DNA of 64,000 nucleotides from Eledone cirrhosa. Lineage: Eukaryota. Shown piece after piece: positions 14,326 to 28,285 of the stretch (position 1 is the first letter of the stretch; every line of letters begins with the position of its first letter). Both the position numbers and the translations under genes were made by a program. Location of the stretch: the NCBI GenBank assembly GCA_964016885.1, contig OZ024743.1, positions 100,812,001 to 100,876,000 on the forward strand. Direction: 5' to 3'. The notes under the pieces were generated by a model, which did not search any database, had not been told where the DNA came from, and was given only the letters and a program-made list of their open reading frames with translations.

Positions 14326-14701
14326 AGACTTGTCAACTCTCCCCGTCCGTCTGGGAGATCTCTCGCCGACTTTGGGGCGAGTGAGAGATGTCTTCTCTTG
14401 TGAAAATGAGTATAGCTTTCATTGGTGGAATGGCAGTATCGGTAGAGGGTCGGACGCCATGCTTTCCAGCATAGTTACGTCCCTTTACGATCTGAGTTCA
14501 AATCCCGCCGAGGTTGACTTTGCCTTTCATCCTTACGGGGTCGATAAAATAAAGTACCAGTAATGCACTGGGTAATTGCTGGCCTTGTGCCTAAAGTAGA
14601 AACAATTATGTAAAATCTCCCCATTTTGCCTCATTTCTCCTCGTTTTGGGGCACTTTTTTCACGGTACTCCTGTTTAGGTTTTTAGAGGTTGACAGGTCT
14701 G
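14326..14701. mobile_element. Short-TIR MITE (cagacYtgtcaac) with a SINE inserted; uninterrupted copy at 23413-23605
   Basis: TIRs cagacttgtcaac / gttgacaggtctg; flanking ggatgg duplication. Confidence 0.75.
14424..14609 (+). mobile_element. tRNA-derived SINE, family 1 (Nin/Deu-domain-like); ~20 copies or fragments in the window (e.g. 1-48, 4196-4325, 15094-15460, 17520-18090, 26080-26225, 26820-27235, 28410-28530, 29560-29780, 33947-34175, 57482-57658)
   Basis: B-box gagttcaaatccc; conserved gactttgcctttcatccttacggggtcgataaaataaagtaccag; tail ggccttgtgcctaaagtagaaacaattat. Confidence 0.85.
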
Positions 14702-15619
14702 GGATGGGCTCCGTCAGATTTTCAATGCTCAAGACTGGCCATGTCAGGATGGTGTCCCCACGATTCCACCAGTAGTTAGTGGTCCTTTACCCTCCCCACT
14801 TTTTAAAAAACACGGAAATAAACTACATAAAGAAAAACTGTTGGTAACACTACCATGCTTTATATATTTCCTCAAATTACTAAGAGTAACTGTGATAGAT
14901 TTATTAATACTACAATACAAACTAAAAATCAATAAACAGATGCAACACACATGAAATAAACTATGAACGTAACAATATTAAAGATGCTTTGTTTAACGGA
15001 TGTTCACCTCTGATCATAACAGGTGAAGCAATTGACCAACTCACTGTTCCATAGGTTCAATAAAAATCTACTTTATTATTTAGTCAAATGAGAGGGCGGT
15101 GGATTGGTAGTATCGGTAGAACGTCAGGAAACACACTTTCTAGCATATTGAGTTCAAATCACGCCGAGGTTAACTTTGCTTTTCATCCTTACGGAGTCGA
15201 TAAAATAAAATACCAGTAATGCACTGGCGTTGATTTAATCAACTTTCTCCTCCCCCAAAATTGATGGCCTTGTGTCTATATCAAAAACCATTATTTAGTC
15301 AAATGAGTGGATTGGCAGAGCGTCGGACATGCTTTGCGGCCTAGTTACGGCCCTTTACATTCTGAGTTCGAATTTCGTCGAGGTTAGCTTTGACTTTCAT
15401 CCTTACGGGGTCCATAAAATAAAGCACCCTGTTAGAAACTGGGGTCGATTTAATTGACCCTGACCGCTGTCTAATGACTGAAGCCAGGAAGAGAATAAAA
15501 GAATCCCTGTAATCATTCAACCATTCAGCTATATAACGTTTTCAGATATCAAACAACATTCACACTTGCCCTTTATTTGATCAGCTTTAAATATATAGTT
15601 ATATACCCCACCACCACCG

Positions 15620-15880
15620 TATACACACATATACAGGGCTGCTTCTCTGTATACACATATATACAGGGTTACTTCTGTATATACACACACATATATACAG
15701 GGCTTCTTCTCTGTATATATACATATACAGGGCTGCTTCTCTATATACACATATATACAGGCTACTTCTGTATATACACACACATACACAAGGCTGCTTC
15801 TGTAATATATACACACACATATATACAGGGTTTCCTCTCTGTATATACACATATACAAGGCTGCTTCTCTGTATACACAC
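15620..15880. repeat. ~30-bp minisatellite (atatacagggctgcttctctgtatacacat)
   Basis: About 8 imperfect tandem copies. Confidence 0.85.
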
Positions 15881-16031
15881 GTGTCTGTGCTTATATGTGC
15901 TCCGAGTATTGTGTGCACGTCTGTGTTTTTAGTTCACGCACCCCCTTCCTTCACCACCACCCCCACAGTCTATCTCACGATAATGATGTTGCTGTTACTG
16001 ATGATGATGACGATAATAAATATAAGTGAAA

Positions 16032-16500
16032 ACCGCCATCACCGCCACCATGAACACAATAACCACCACCACCACCGCCACCATGAACACAATAACCACC
16101 ACCACCATCACCATGAACACAATAACCACCACCACCACCGCTACCATGAACACAATAACCACCACCAACACCACCATGAACACAATAACCACCACCATGA
16201 ACACAATAACCACCACCACCACCGCCACCATGAACACAATAACCACCACCACCATCACCATGAACACAATAACCACCACCACCACCGCTACCATGAACAC
16301 AATAACCACCACCAACACCACCATGAACACAATAACCACCACCAACACCACCACCATCGCCATCGCCATGAACACAATAACCACCACCACCATCACCATG
16401 AACACAATAACCACCACCACCACCGCTACCATGAACACAATAACCACCACCACTACCATGAACACAATAACCACCACCAACACCACCACCACCACCGCCA
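16032..16500. repeat. Minisatellite accatgaacacaata(acc)n
   Basis: Variable 24-39 bp units; source of the His/Thr/Gly-rich pseudo-ORFs. Confidence 0.9.
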
Positions 16501-17080
16501 TATTCAGCAGCCTCCAATCTGGCCGAGGACAAGATTTTTTTTTTATGAGGTTGGAGTTTTCTTTTTGTTTGTATTTGTTTGTTTTAGTGTTTGTTATATT
16601 TCTGTTCAGTTATAGAACTCCTGGTATTCCGGAAGAAGAAGAAGCAATAGATAAAATAAAAACAATAAATAAAAGCCATCAAAGCAATGACCGTCTCTTT
16701 AAAACCATAAAAATAACAAAAATTAAATAAATATACGACTAAAAAGAATGAATATAAAGTTTGACCCAGTATTGTCATGGCGATGGCGGTTGTGGTGGTG
16801 GGGGTAATAAAGGCGATGGTGGTGGTGGTTGAGGGTAATAAAAGTGATGGTGGCGTGGGATGGGTGTGGGGGATAATAAAGGCGATGAGCTTTAAAACAT
16901 GGTGATGTTATATATATAAATACATGAATAAAATATATAAATAGAAACAGAAAGATCTTTAAAAATGGCACTGGTACAACACTTAACTTTTTGAATAGCA
17001 ATAAGAATTTTAATATCTTACTCTGTATTATTTTTACCATTTAGAAACATATTTAAAAGGAGAGAGAGAGAGTGGGGGGG

Positions 17081-17142
<62 letters not shown>

Positions 17143-17370
17143 AGAAACATTTGATGGATCGGAACACGAATGAAACAAAAGTGAATGAAAACATTCATAT
17201 ATACGCATGACTGTGTGTGGTTAAGGAGTTCGTTTCGCAAGCACGTGATCTTAGGTTCAGTCCAACTGTGTGACATCTTTGGTTGTCTTCTAGTGTAGCC
17301 TTGATTTGATAGTGCCTTGTGAGTAGATTTTGGTAAACGGAAGCTGCAGAATTATGTCGTATGTATGTGC

Positions 17371-17409
<39 letters not shown>

Positions 17410-17414
<5 letters not shown>

Positions 17415-17505
17415 TTAATATAGAAATGGCTTCTACGGGACTAGAACTGTTTCATTCGAATGAAACAGTTCTAGTCCCGTAGAAGCCATTTCTATATTAA
17501 ACTTT
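17410..17505. repeat. 96-bp perfect palindrome built from the 3' half of a PLE hammerhead
   Basis: Centre cattc|gaatg; arm gaatGAAAcagttctagtcccgTAgaagc matches the HHR at 52262-52312. Confidence 0.85.
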
Positions 17506-18406
17506 ATATATAGTTTTGTGTGTGTTGGAGGGAGTGGAAAGTCAATTAAATTGTTCCTAATATTTTATTTTATCGACCTTGGAAGTATGAAATGCAAAGT
17601 TGATGACCTTGACAGGATTTGAACTCCGAACGTAAAGAGCCGCAGAAAATACCGCAAAATATTTTGGCCGACGCTCTAACGATTCTGCCAATCTTCCGCT
17701 CTAACAACACATACAATAATTTCTAATTTAATCATAAGGCCAGCAATTATTTTTTATGGGAGGAGTCGATTAAATCGTTCTCAATACTTGATTAGTACTT
17801 TATTTTATCGATCCCGAAAGGATGAAAGGTAAAGTTAATGACCCTGGCGCGTTTGGAACTTGCCGGGACAAATACTGCAAAGTATTTTGTCCGACACTTT
17901 AATGAATCTACTTAACCAACACCCTAGTCGTTTCTAATTTAGGCACAAAGCAAGCAATTTGTGTAGATTGGAAAGTGGATTATATCGATCCCAACTGATA
18001 CTTTATTTCATCGACCTCGGAAGGATAAAAGGCAAAGTTGACCTCAGCAGGATTTGAACCCAGAACAGAAAGAGCCGTAACTAAAGGCATTTTGAGAGAC
18101 TACATCGATATGATATCAATCTTTCGACACATTTCTCTGAGCATGTAGCAAAAGTTAAAACAACAAATAAAATTCAGTTTATGTCCATATTTTTCTCTTA
18201 TCTCAGACATTAAATACGCTAATTTGTAGATTATGTAAAGAACAATATATCATCACTTCTAAATATATAATTGTTTCATTTTTATTATTTATCTTATTTT
18301 TCTACTGGCTTCGGTCATTAGACGGGGGCCATGCTGGGGCTCCGCATTGAATGGGTTTTAGTCGATCATATTGACCTTAGATCTTTTATTTAAGCCAAGT
18401 CTGGTA

Positions 18407-18758
18407 CAGTGTACCTCCGACATTCGCGGTCCCGGTTATTCGCGGGATTTTCCTTAGAACCTAACTAATAATTGTTCGTGGAAACCACCGCATATTCGCG
18501 AAATCATAAATATCTTCGATTTCTTATGGCTTTTTTCGTGGCAATATATTTTTTTAACACTAAATTATTAATAACAATATACCGTATCTGCCGGCCTATT
18601 GGACGTCTCATAAGACACTCCCGCTTTTTAAAATTATATTTTAGGTTATATTTTGACGTTAATATGCATTTTTATGGATCACGTCCAATATTCTGCAGTT
18701 TTTTCACTCTCCGTGGATGTTCTAGGAACGTAACCCCGCGAATATCGGAGGACAACTG
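18407..18758. mobile_element. pogo/Tigger-like MITE
   Basis: TIRs cagtgtacctccgacattcgcgg / ccgcgaatatcggaggacaactg; TA on the left flank. Confidence 0.7.
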
Positions 18759-19202
18759 AACTCATTTTAACAATCTTTTTTTTTTTAACCAACTTGCATT
18801 CTGAAGGCGTCAAACCGAGGCCAGAGTAGAAGCGACTCCAGGTGCCAGGCAGAGACACTGAACCAGAAACCACGTGATTAGAAAGAGAACTTATTAAACA
18901 CAGTGCCATGCCTAATGTGTTCACTTGACAACCACGTGGTTTCAGGTTCAGTCCTAGGACATGAAACATTGGACAAGTGTCATTTATTTTCATTATTTTC
19001 CCACCTCCTTTCGTTTCAATTCAGGGTTGGAAGAAGACAGGAAAAAGAGAAGATTTTAGATTCTCCATCCTACATAATATTTGTTATCTCTGGTTCAATA
19101 ATGTCCATAATGCCTGATGCCCCACCTGCCAATGCCTGATATAGGAAGCCTAGGATCAAAGACATTCCAGTCATGATTATCTCTCAACTCTTAGTGAATC
19201 TA

Positions 19203-19572
<370 letters not shown>

Positions 19573-20001
19573 TGAAGATGGTGAGGTGTGATTTGAGGGA
19601 GCTTATGCTGCTATTTCTAAAGGGTCGAGCATCCAAGTAGAGGCTCCCTCGCTGGCTCGTAATGTCTTATTACATGATCAAAGAAGAGGTATAGTCGATC
19701 GTATCGATCCACCTTATCACTGGCGCTTAATCTATCGACCCGGAAGAGATGAAAAACAAACAAAAAACAAAACAACAACAACAACGAAACAACCCCCACG
19801 GGAATAGAACACACAGCATAAAGGGACATAACTACATACAACAAAGCTCTATATCTAGCTCTCTTGTTTCTGTCTCTGCCATACATTACTCCTTTCCCTC
19901 ATAAGTAATATTTTATGATTATAGTTTATATTAGAATATTTTATACCTAAATAACTGTAAAACGATGCTTATCACCCCCACCCCCCACCACCACACTCGT
20001 G

Positions 20002-20090
<89 letters not shown>

Positions 20091-20281
20091 ATATGTATGT
20101 ATGTATGTATATATGTATGTATGTATAAGTATATAGATATAAAATCGTACACTTCGGCTGCTTAGCGCACTTCTTTTGTATCCATATCTCTATTTCTTTA
20201 ATAGTCTTGCCTGTCAACTTATCTATCAATCCATATGTCTCCATCTACTACTCATCTATCTAAATATTCAATTATCAGCCA

Positions 20282-21703
20282 TATATCTATGTATGTTACT
20301 ATATGTCTATATCTGTATGTTACTATATGTATATATCTGTATATCTATGTATGTTACTATATGTATATATCTGTATATATCTGTATGTTACTATATGTAT
20401 ATATCTGTATGTTACTATATGTATATATCTGTATGTCTATGTATGTTACTATATGTATATATCTGTATATATCTGTATGTTACTATATGTATATATCTGT
20501 ATGTCTATGTATGTTACTATATGTATATATCTGTATATCTATGTATGTTACTATATGTATATATCTCTATATCTATGTATGTTACTATATGTATATCTAT
20601 GTATGTTACTATATGTATATATCTGTATATCTATGTATGTTACTATATGTATATATCTGTATATCTATGTATGTTACTATATGTATATATCTGTATATCT
20701 ATGTATGTTACTATATGTATATATCTGTATATCTATATATGTTACTATGTGTCTATGTATATATCTGTATATCTATGTATGTTACTATATGTCTATATAT
20801 ATATGTTACTATATGTATATATCTGTATGTCTATGTATGTTACTATATGTATATATCTGTATATATCTGTATGTTACTATATGTATATATCTGTATGTCT
20901 ATGTATGTTACTATATGTATATATCTGTATATCTATGTATGTTACTATATGTATATATCTCTATATCTATGTATGTTACTATATGTATATCTATGTATGT
21001 TACTATATGTATATATCTGTATATCTATGTATGTTACTATATGTATATATCTGTATATCTATGTATGTTACTATATGTCTATATCTGTATATCTATGTAT
21101 GTTACTATATGTATATATCTGTATATCTATGTATGATACTATATGTCTATATCTGTATATCTATGTATGTTACTATATGTCTATATCTGTATATCTATGT
21201 ATGATACTATGTGTCTATATCTGTATATCTATGTATGATACTATGTGTCTATATCTGTATATCTATGTATGATACTATGTGTCTTTATCTGTATATCTAT
21301 GTATGATACTATGTGTCTTTATCTGTATGTCTATGTATGTTACTATATGTCTATATCTGTATGATACTATGTGTCTATATCTGTATATCTATGTATGTTA
21401 CTATATGTATATATCTGTATATCTATATATGTTACTATATGTATATATCTGTATATCTATGTATGTTACTATATGTATATATCTGTATATCTATGTATGT
21501 TACTATATGTATATATCTGTATATCTATATATGTTACTATGTGTATATATCTGTATATCTATGTATGATACTATATGTCTGTCTTTGTATATATCTGTAT
21601 ATCTATGTATGATACTATGTGTCTATGTATATATCTGTATATCTATGTATGTTACTATATGTCTGTCTTTGTATATATCTGTATATCTATATATCTGTAT
21701 GTC
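20282..21703. repeat. ~32-bp AT-rich minisatellite (atgtatgttactatatgtatatatctgtatatct)
   Basis: Dozens of tandem variants. Confidence 0.95.
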
Positions 21704-21989
21704 TGGGCTAATTATCTATTGATCAGAGCAATCACTATGTTTAGGATGGAGGCTTTGTAATCTACATCCAGTGTCTGCTATTCCAAGGACATAAAGCCAT
21801 ACCAAACAAATATTTATTCACAAAATTTCAATTGGACTATACGTTTAAGTTTGCAATAAAAAAAGAATAAGAAAGAGGAAAAAATTAAATAGCGAAAATA
21901 GAGTAAATGAGGAGGGAGCAGAAGATCTCCATCACAGTCTATCTCAGCTGCGTTCTGTGTAGAAAATGGCGAAGGTATTGTTGTGGAGA

Positions 21990-22175
21990 ATAACCAGCGG
22001 CATTTACTGCATCTCCACTCCACCTCACGGGGCTCCTTCCTCAGGCGGGATTCAGTACTACTAATTTTAATGAGAAAATTGGCAGTTAGGGACCGATGAC
22101 AACCGAGGTCTCGAGAGTGACCGGCATGAAAAGGAAACGGTCAGTCAAGTCCTGGTACTTTGCTGGCAGCAGTGT
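21990..22175 (-). mobile_element. Degraded CRE-like LINE 3' fragment
   Basis: Minus strand reads KYQDLTDRFLFMPVTLETSVVIGP...KEPREVEW. Confidence 0.6.
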
Positions 22176-23412
22176 TTGGGTTTCTGGCGTCACCCGAACG
22201 AAATAATTCGAATAGTTCTAGAAGAGATAGGATTGAGGCAAATATCCAGTTCCCTATCCTGTTGATCTTCTAGTGTCTAGAAAAACTACCGAAGTTTGAG
22301 TAAGAGGAAAGTCCATTGAACTTTCGCAACTACATTGGCATGACGTTATAGGTGGGCGCTGATATTCGTGCTCCTTGTAAAAAATGAGAGGTTTCTAAGA
22401 TCCAATTTTCCAACTAATCATACCATATATCTTTAAACCAACAATGATGCATTAAATAATGTAACCGGAGATAAGTATGTATGGACCCATAACTCCATAG
22501 TGAGATACAACGTGTCTTGAGAACTTTAAACTTAGCGGAGTCCATCCCATCTCCAGGTTTGAACACAACTAATTTCTTCCTAAGAAGGAGAGTGAGTGTG
22601 TGTGATAGAGAGGAAGTGAGGAAGAGACACAGAGCAAGAATCGAATAAAGTACTGAACTAATACTTTCTTTTATTGACCTCGAAAGGATGAAAAGCAAAA
22701 TTGATATCGGTGGGTTTCGAACTCAGAGCGCTGAGAATCGGAACGAATAATGCATTCTATCCGACGTTCTAACTTTAGATATACTGAAAGTCTGAGGCTA
22801 AACAACATGATCCAGCATGGCATGCCAACCTTCTTTAACCATATAATGTTCAAGAACGCCATAGAACAAACAGGTAAACTGTTAGCAAGCCGACACGACT
22901 GCGCTGCCTCGGACCTTTGCTTGTAAAGTCATTTATTTCATCCCACTTATGCGGGAAAAGACATTTGCCTTATTCCTAGTGTTTGTGCAACGAAATATGT
23001 ATGTCAGTAATACAGATGTTGGAATTGATCAAGTTAATAATTATTGCAAGAGTCAGTTTCGTCAGTTTAGACGATGAATATTCCAGTTTTTCGAACAACG
23101 GAATAGCTTGCTTATGAAATTAGTTTAATTAGCCGTGCATTCCACAGATACGTGTACCTTTAACATAATTCTCAGGGAGATTCAGCGTGACAATATGTAA
23201 CAAGGGTGAACCTCTGAATTACAAGCATAATTTCCATCTGCCCAATTTTACTCACAAGGCATGGGTCGACCCAAACAATAGAAAATGATCAAACACGGGA
23301 TCTAACGACTGCAGAGCGAACTTCTCTAACCATTCAGTCATACTGTGTCCACACAACAGAGTAGTTGCTAAAGACATCCAAGGGCTATCTACTTGCGAAT
23401 AAATAGGTAACA

Positions 23413-23605
23413 CAGACCTGTCAACTCTCCCTGTCAGACGGGTAGACCTCCCACCCACTTTAAGGTGGGTAAGAGATGTCTTCTCTAGTGAAAATGGGTG
23501 TTGCTTTCATTATGTAAAATCTCCCCATTTTGCCTCATTTAACCCCGTTTTAGGGCCTTTTTTTCATGGTACTCTCCGTTTGAGTTTTAGAGGTTGGCAG
23601 ATGTG
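23413..23605. mobile_element. Short-TIR MITE (same family as 14326-14701)
   Basis: cagacctgtcaactct ... agaggttggcagatgtg; internal homology to the first copy. Confidence 0.7.
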
Positions 23606-24031
23606 GTAACGGGAGTATAAGAAAAAAAATTAACGAAAAGGCATGGCGAATGCTGATACCAAATCATATTCGATTACGATTGATGGCTGTATATATTTGT
23701 CTACATTATCTAAGGTATCGTTCTCTTTTATTTGGAGATTTGGCTACTATATCTAACAGGTCGAGTAGCTACATAAAGAGTTCTTTGTTGATTCTTCTGA
23801 CCGAGTTTCTGTGTCGATTTCAATGGGGATTTCGGTGATCCCAGAAAGTATACTATGCATGTTCTGACCCGGTTTAGAATACCGGATAGAATGCTTTGCG
23901 GTATTCGTTCTGCCTTTCTGCGCTCTCTGAGTTCAAATCTCACTATAATGAAGTTGGCATCTCATCCTTTCGAGGTCGAAAAAATATCAGTCCAATACTG
24001 AGTTAGTCTCTCTCTTGAAGAAATCGGCTAT

Positions 24032-24080
<49 letters not shown>

Positions 24081-25788
24081 ACCAGGTTCAAAGTTCCCAG
24101 GGCGCCGTATCACTACACCAGGAGTTACGGGTCTATACATACATTATATCTTGTGTTAATTATTGTTTTATAATAATGTTATACTTATTTCATGTGTCAT
24201 CAAATTTTATCCGCCTGTTGTATAGCATCTTTGACCCTAGTTTTTATATAACTTTGTCCAGCTCCACACGCATTGGATGGGAGGGGGGGGGGGGTTAGTA
24301 GGGGACTGACTGGTTTGTAGCCAAGGACTCAATATTTATTGGTCCCCGAATTAATTTCTTTACTATCAAAAATAATACTTAAGGGGCTCCAATGAAATTT
24401 TCAGGCAAGGGTCCCATGCAAGCTTAATCCTCCGCTGATTGTAACCCACATGTTTGTAACAATTATTGTATTATATAAGCCCTTGTGACGAAGCAAGGAT
24501 TGCTTATCTTATTGAAAAAGAAAAGCATTAATGCTACAGCTACCACTCTTTCGTTTCTCCTAAATTCACTCAACCAATCAATACACCTAATCGATGTATT
24601 TATTGCTGTATGCCACTGATTATGAATCTTCAAACATAAAACTGTAGCCACATTATGATTGATGTTGGGGACTTTTTATTGTGTGACTGCGTTTAAAAGT
24701 TTATCAGTTCCCAGCCGCCACAGCTTGGCAAATAATTTACTGTGTTTAGCAGGGAATACACCATCTTATATACTGTGGTTACATGTTTGTTGTCTCTTCT
24801 GGAGCGGTGATAAACCAACGCCATTTCTCATTAGGGATTCGTATTTGTTTTGTGATTATTTTCCATTGAAAATAAACACATTTCTTGTTCCAAAATGTGT
24901 TTTTGCTATAACTCAAAGAACCATCTAGGAGATTATTCTCTATTTCCTGCCACAAGGTGTTATGCCACCGATTTATTCATAACTATTTTACAGTTTCAAT
25001 TCTTGTGTCGTGGTTTTTTGCTTTATAGCAAAAACATTCTTTGAAATTTCCGTCTCCCATACACTAAAGAAATCCATTTGTTGTTATTGTTTACCCCTTC
25101 GTCATCTCAAAATAGTCAGTAGGCACCTCTTAACCAAAATACACCCCGTCCCACTATCCCACCCTTTCGATGTAAAGTTATGTTGGTACCACAACATCCA
25201 GTCCTAAATAAATGAGGTCGTGTAGGTGTCACGACAAAAAAACACACAGTCCACGCTGTAATGTGGCCGTGTAGGCAACACGGTAAAAACCTCCCAGTCC
25301 ACACTGTAAACGTAGTTGGTGTTAGGAAGGGCATCCAGCCGTAGAAAACCCGCGAGACAGTCCTATACGAGCGAGACAACCAATCTTGCCTCAAGTTGGA
25401 AAATTACCGTCCAAACCCATGCTAGCGTGGAAGATGGACGTTAAACGATGATGATGCTGATGATGATGATATTGTCCTTGGTGTCTTTAGAATGTCTACT
25501 TTGTTGCAAATATTTAGATCAGGCTCCAGTTTGAGGATACCATTCTTCCTTCATTCCTTAGAGGTCCTGAAAAAGATATGGGCACTGACCCTCCCTCCTG
25601 CTTAAGTGAGAAAAAGCTAACGCTTAAATCAAGATAAGCCAAATAAACTTAAACTTAACGTTAATCCTTATCCCAAATCCTACCTTAAACTTATCTCAAT
25701 CCTAAAACTTCACTCCTAACCCATAACTTTATATATTTTTGTTATGTTGTGTCATCTTCTTTAATGGGTTCCGCTTTTAGAGAGGGGG

Positions 25789-25869
<81 letters not shown>

Positions 25870-25927
25870 CTAAATAATAGGATGTTTGTGTGTGTTAGCA
25901 GCAATATAGAATTGGTTGTTTGATAAC

Positions 25928-26057
25928 GCACTCCGCCACCTCGGAGATGGCACTCCACCACCTAGGAGATGGCACTCCACCACCTAGAAGAGGCACTCCA
26001 CCACCTAGGAGATGGCACTCCACCACCTAGAAGAGGCACTCCACCACCTAGGAGATG
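25928..26057. repeat. 21/22-bp tandem repeat (ggcactccaccacctaggagat)
   Basis: About 6 copies, with two variants alternating. Confidence 0.85.
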
Positions 26058-26346
26058 AACTCATCCGCGATGCAAGAATAATATCGTTTGGTGCAAGGTC
26101 AACAATTTTGCGGGGAGGTGAAAATCGATTATACTATTATCAGTACTTCGCTGGTACTTTATTTATATCGACCTGAGAAAGATGAAAAGCCGAGTTGACC
26201 TCGGCGGGATTTTGAACTCAGAACTTGTATCCCCCCCCCCACCTTCTGTCACTCTAATCATTTTGCTAATCTATGGAGTGTGTAAAAGTAACAAATGTGA
26301 AAATCTACAAAACTCAACAAAAACTTAACACCTTTAGTAACATCAC

Positions 26347-26608
26347 TTCTACTACTACTACTACTACTACTACTACTATTACTACTACTACCACCACCAC
26401 TACTACCACCAGCACCACCACCAGCACCACTACCACTACTACTACCACTACTACCACCACTACTACTACTACTATTACTACTACCACCACCACCACCACT
26501 ACTTCTTCTACCACTACTACCACCACCACCATCACTACTACTACTACTATTACTACTACCACCACCACCACCACTACTACTACTTCTTCTACCACCACCA
26601 CCACCACC

Positions 26609-26678
<70 letters not shown>
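26347..26678. repeat. (ACT)n/(ACC)n trinucleotide repeat
   Basis: Direct inspection. Confidence 0.95.
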
Positions 26679-28099
26679 ACTAGAAGCCATTTATGAGGCT
26701 AATTGTTTTCGTCCCAGACAGTCCCAGGCCAATCTCACGCCACCACAAAACGTCACCTGGACTGGGAGTCCGAGACGTGGTCGCGCGCCACCTCCAACGC
26801 CGCACTACTACTAACAATAATAATGGTTTCTGATTTAGGCACAAGGCCAGCAAAGTTTTTGAGGGGCGGGGAAAGTCGATTAACACGAACCAGTGTATAA
26901 CTGGTACTTTATTTTATCGACCCCGTAAGGATGAATAATAACAATAATATTGGTTTCTGAGTGGATTAGCAGAATCGGTAGAGCGTCGAACACCATGCTT
27001 TGCAAATCCCGCCGAGGTTAACTTTGCCTTTCATCCTTACGGGGTCGATAAAATAAAGTACCAGTAATGCACTGAGTAGATTTAATCCCCCCCCCCCCCC
27101 CCCCAAAAAAAAATTTGTTGGTCTTGTGCCTGAATAATAATTGTCTCTACTTTTGGCACAAGGCCAGCAATTATCCCAGTGTATTACTGGTACTTTATTT
27201 TATCGAACCTGAAAGGATGAAAGGCAAAGTTAACATCATGGCTGAAATGCCCTTATATATATCTCGACCGTTCTTAACTGTACTGTTGGAGCAGTAGTGT
27301 CAATAATGACTGCAGCGTTGAGTATATTTAATTCTTGTAGTCCAGGAATGGTATGCCATACATACAAAGATTACTGGTTAGATGAGCAATCATACAAACT
27401 GGGAAATTCGAATTTTGATAAATTAATGATTTGCATAAGAAAAATCCTATAGTTTATGTTAATTATGCACACATAGAAGTGATTAAAGTTAAGAATAATA
27501 TTTTAATAATGTTTTTCTAGAATATAATTACAATGACATACAGGATTAAATGTATTAGTAACTTTGGAGAAATAACTATTTATATGGAGAAATGTAGGAT
27601 TAGAAGCCAGGACCTCGTGACTGGAAAGCAAACGTATTGTAGCAACATAACTGATATTGAAATGTATTGTATGTATGTGTGTAATGTGTTACAGACGGAG
27701 ATATATATAAATATACAAATACACATAGCGTATTATTATGGCTGGTAACTATACTGTTTCAGTAACGTCACGGCTGTTTTGCACTCTCGCATCTCTACTA
27801 CGAGGTAAATGCACTCACAGTTCACATAAACATATCTGCATACGAACCAACAAGGGAGGTTCTACGTGGTCGCTCGACCTGCTAGAAATCAGAGCCGGGA
27901 CTTTGATATTTAGCTCTCTAAAGTAACTCTACATATGTGGCGAATTGGCAAAATCGTTAGAACATCGAATACATTGCTTTGCGGTATATACTCTTCGGCT
28001 CTCTGAGTTGAAAACCCGCTGTCTTCTTTTCGAGGTCGATAAAAAAGTACCAGTCCAATATTGGAGTTGATTCTTCCCCTCTATCAATCTCTCACTTCT

Positions 28100-28148
<49 letters not shown>

Positions 28149-28212
28149 CACTCTCTCTCTCTCTCATATAAGGGTGGAAGCATCAATTCTTTGCTTAAAA
28201 TTTAATCTGTTA

Positions 28213-28285
<73 letters not shown>

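Noticed and set aside
14432-14510. tRNA genes
   Set aside because: The A/B-box-like sequences are SINE heads without a cloverleaf
15881-16730. His-rich, Thr-rich or Gly-rich protein ORFs
   Set aside because: Open in several frames on both strands because of a triplet-based minisatellite; no splice or gene context
20176-21760. Long Y/I/C/M-rich ORFs (also at 32893-33686, 36308-37615, 38690-39384, 41521-42139)
   Set aside because: Translations of TA/TG/TATG repeats
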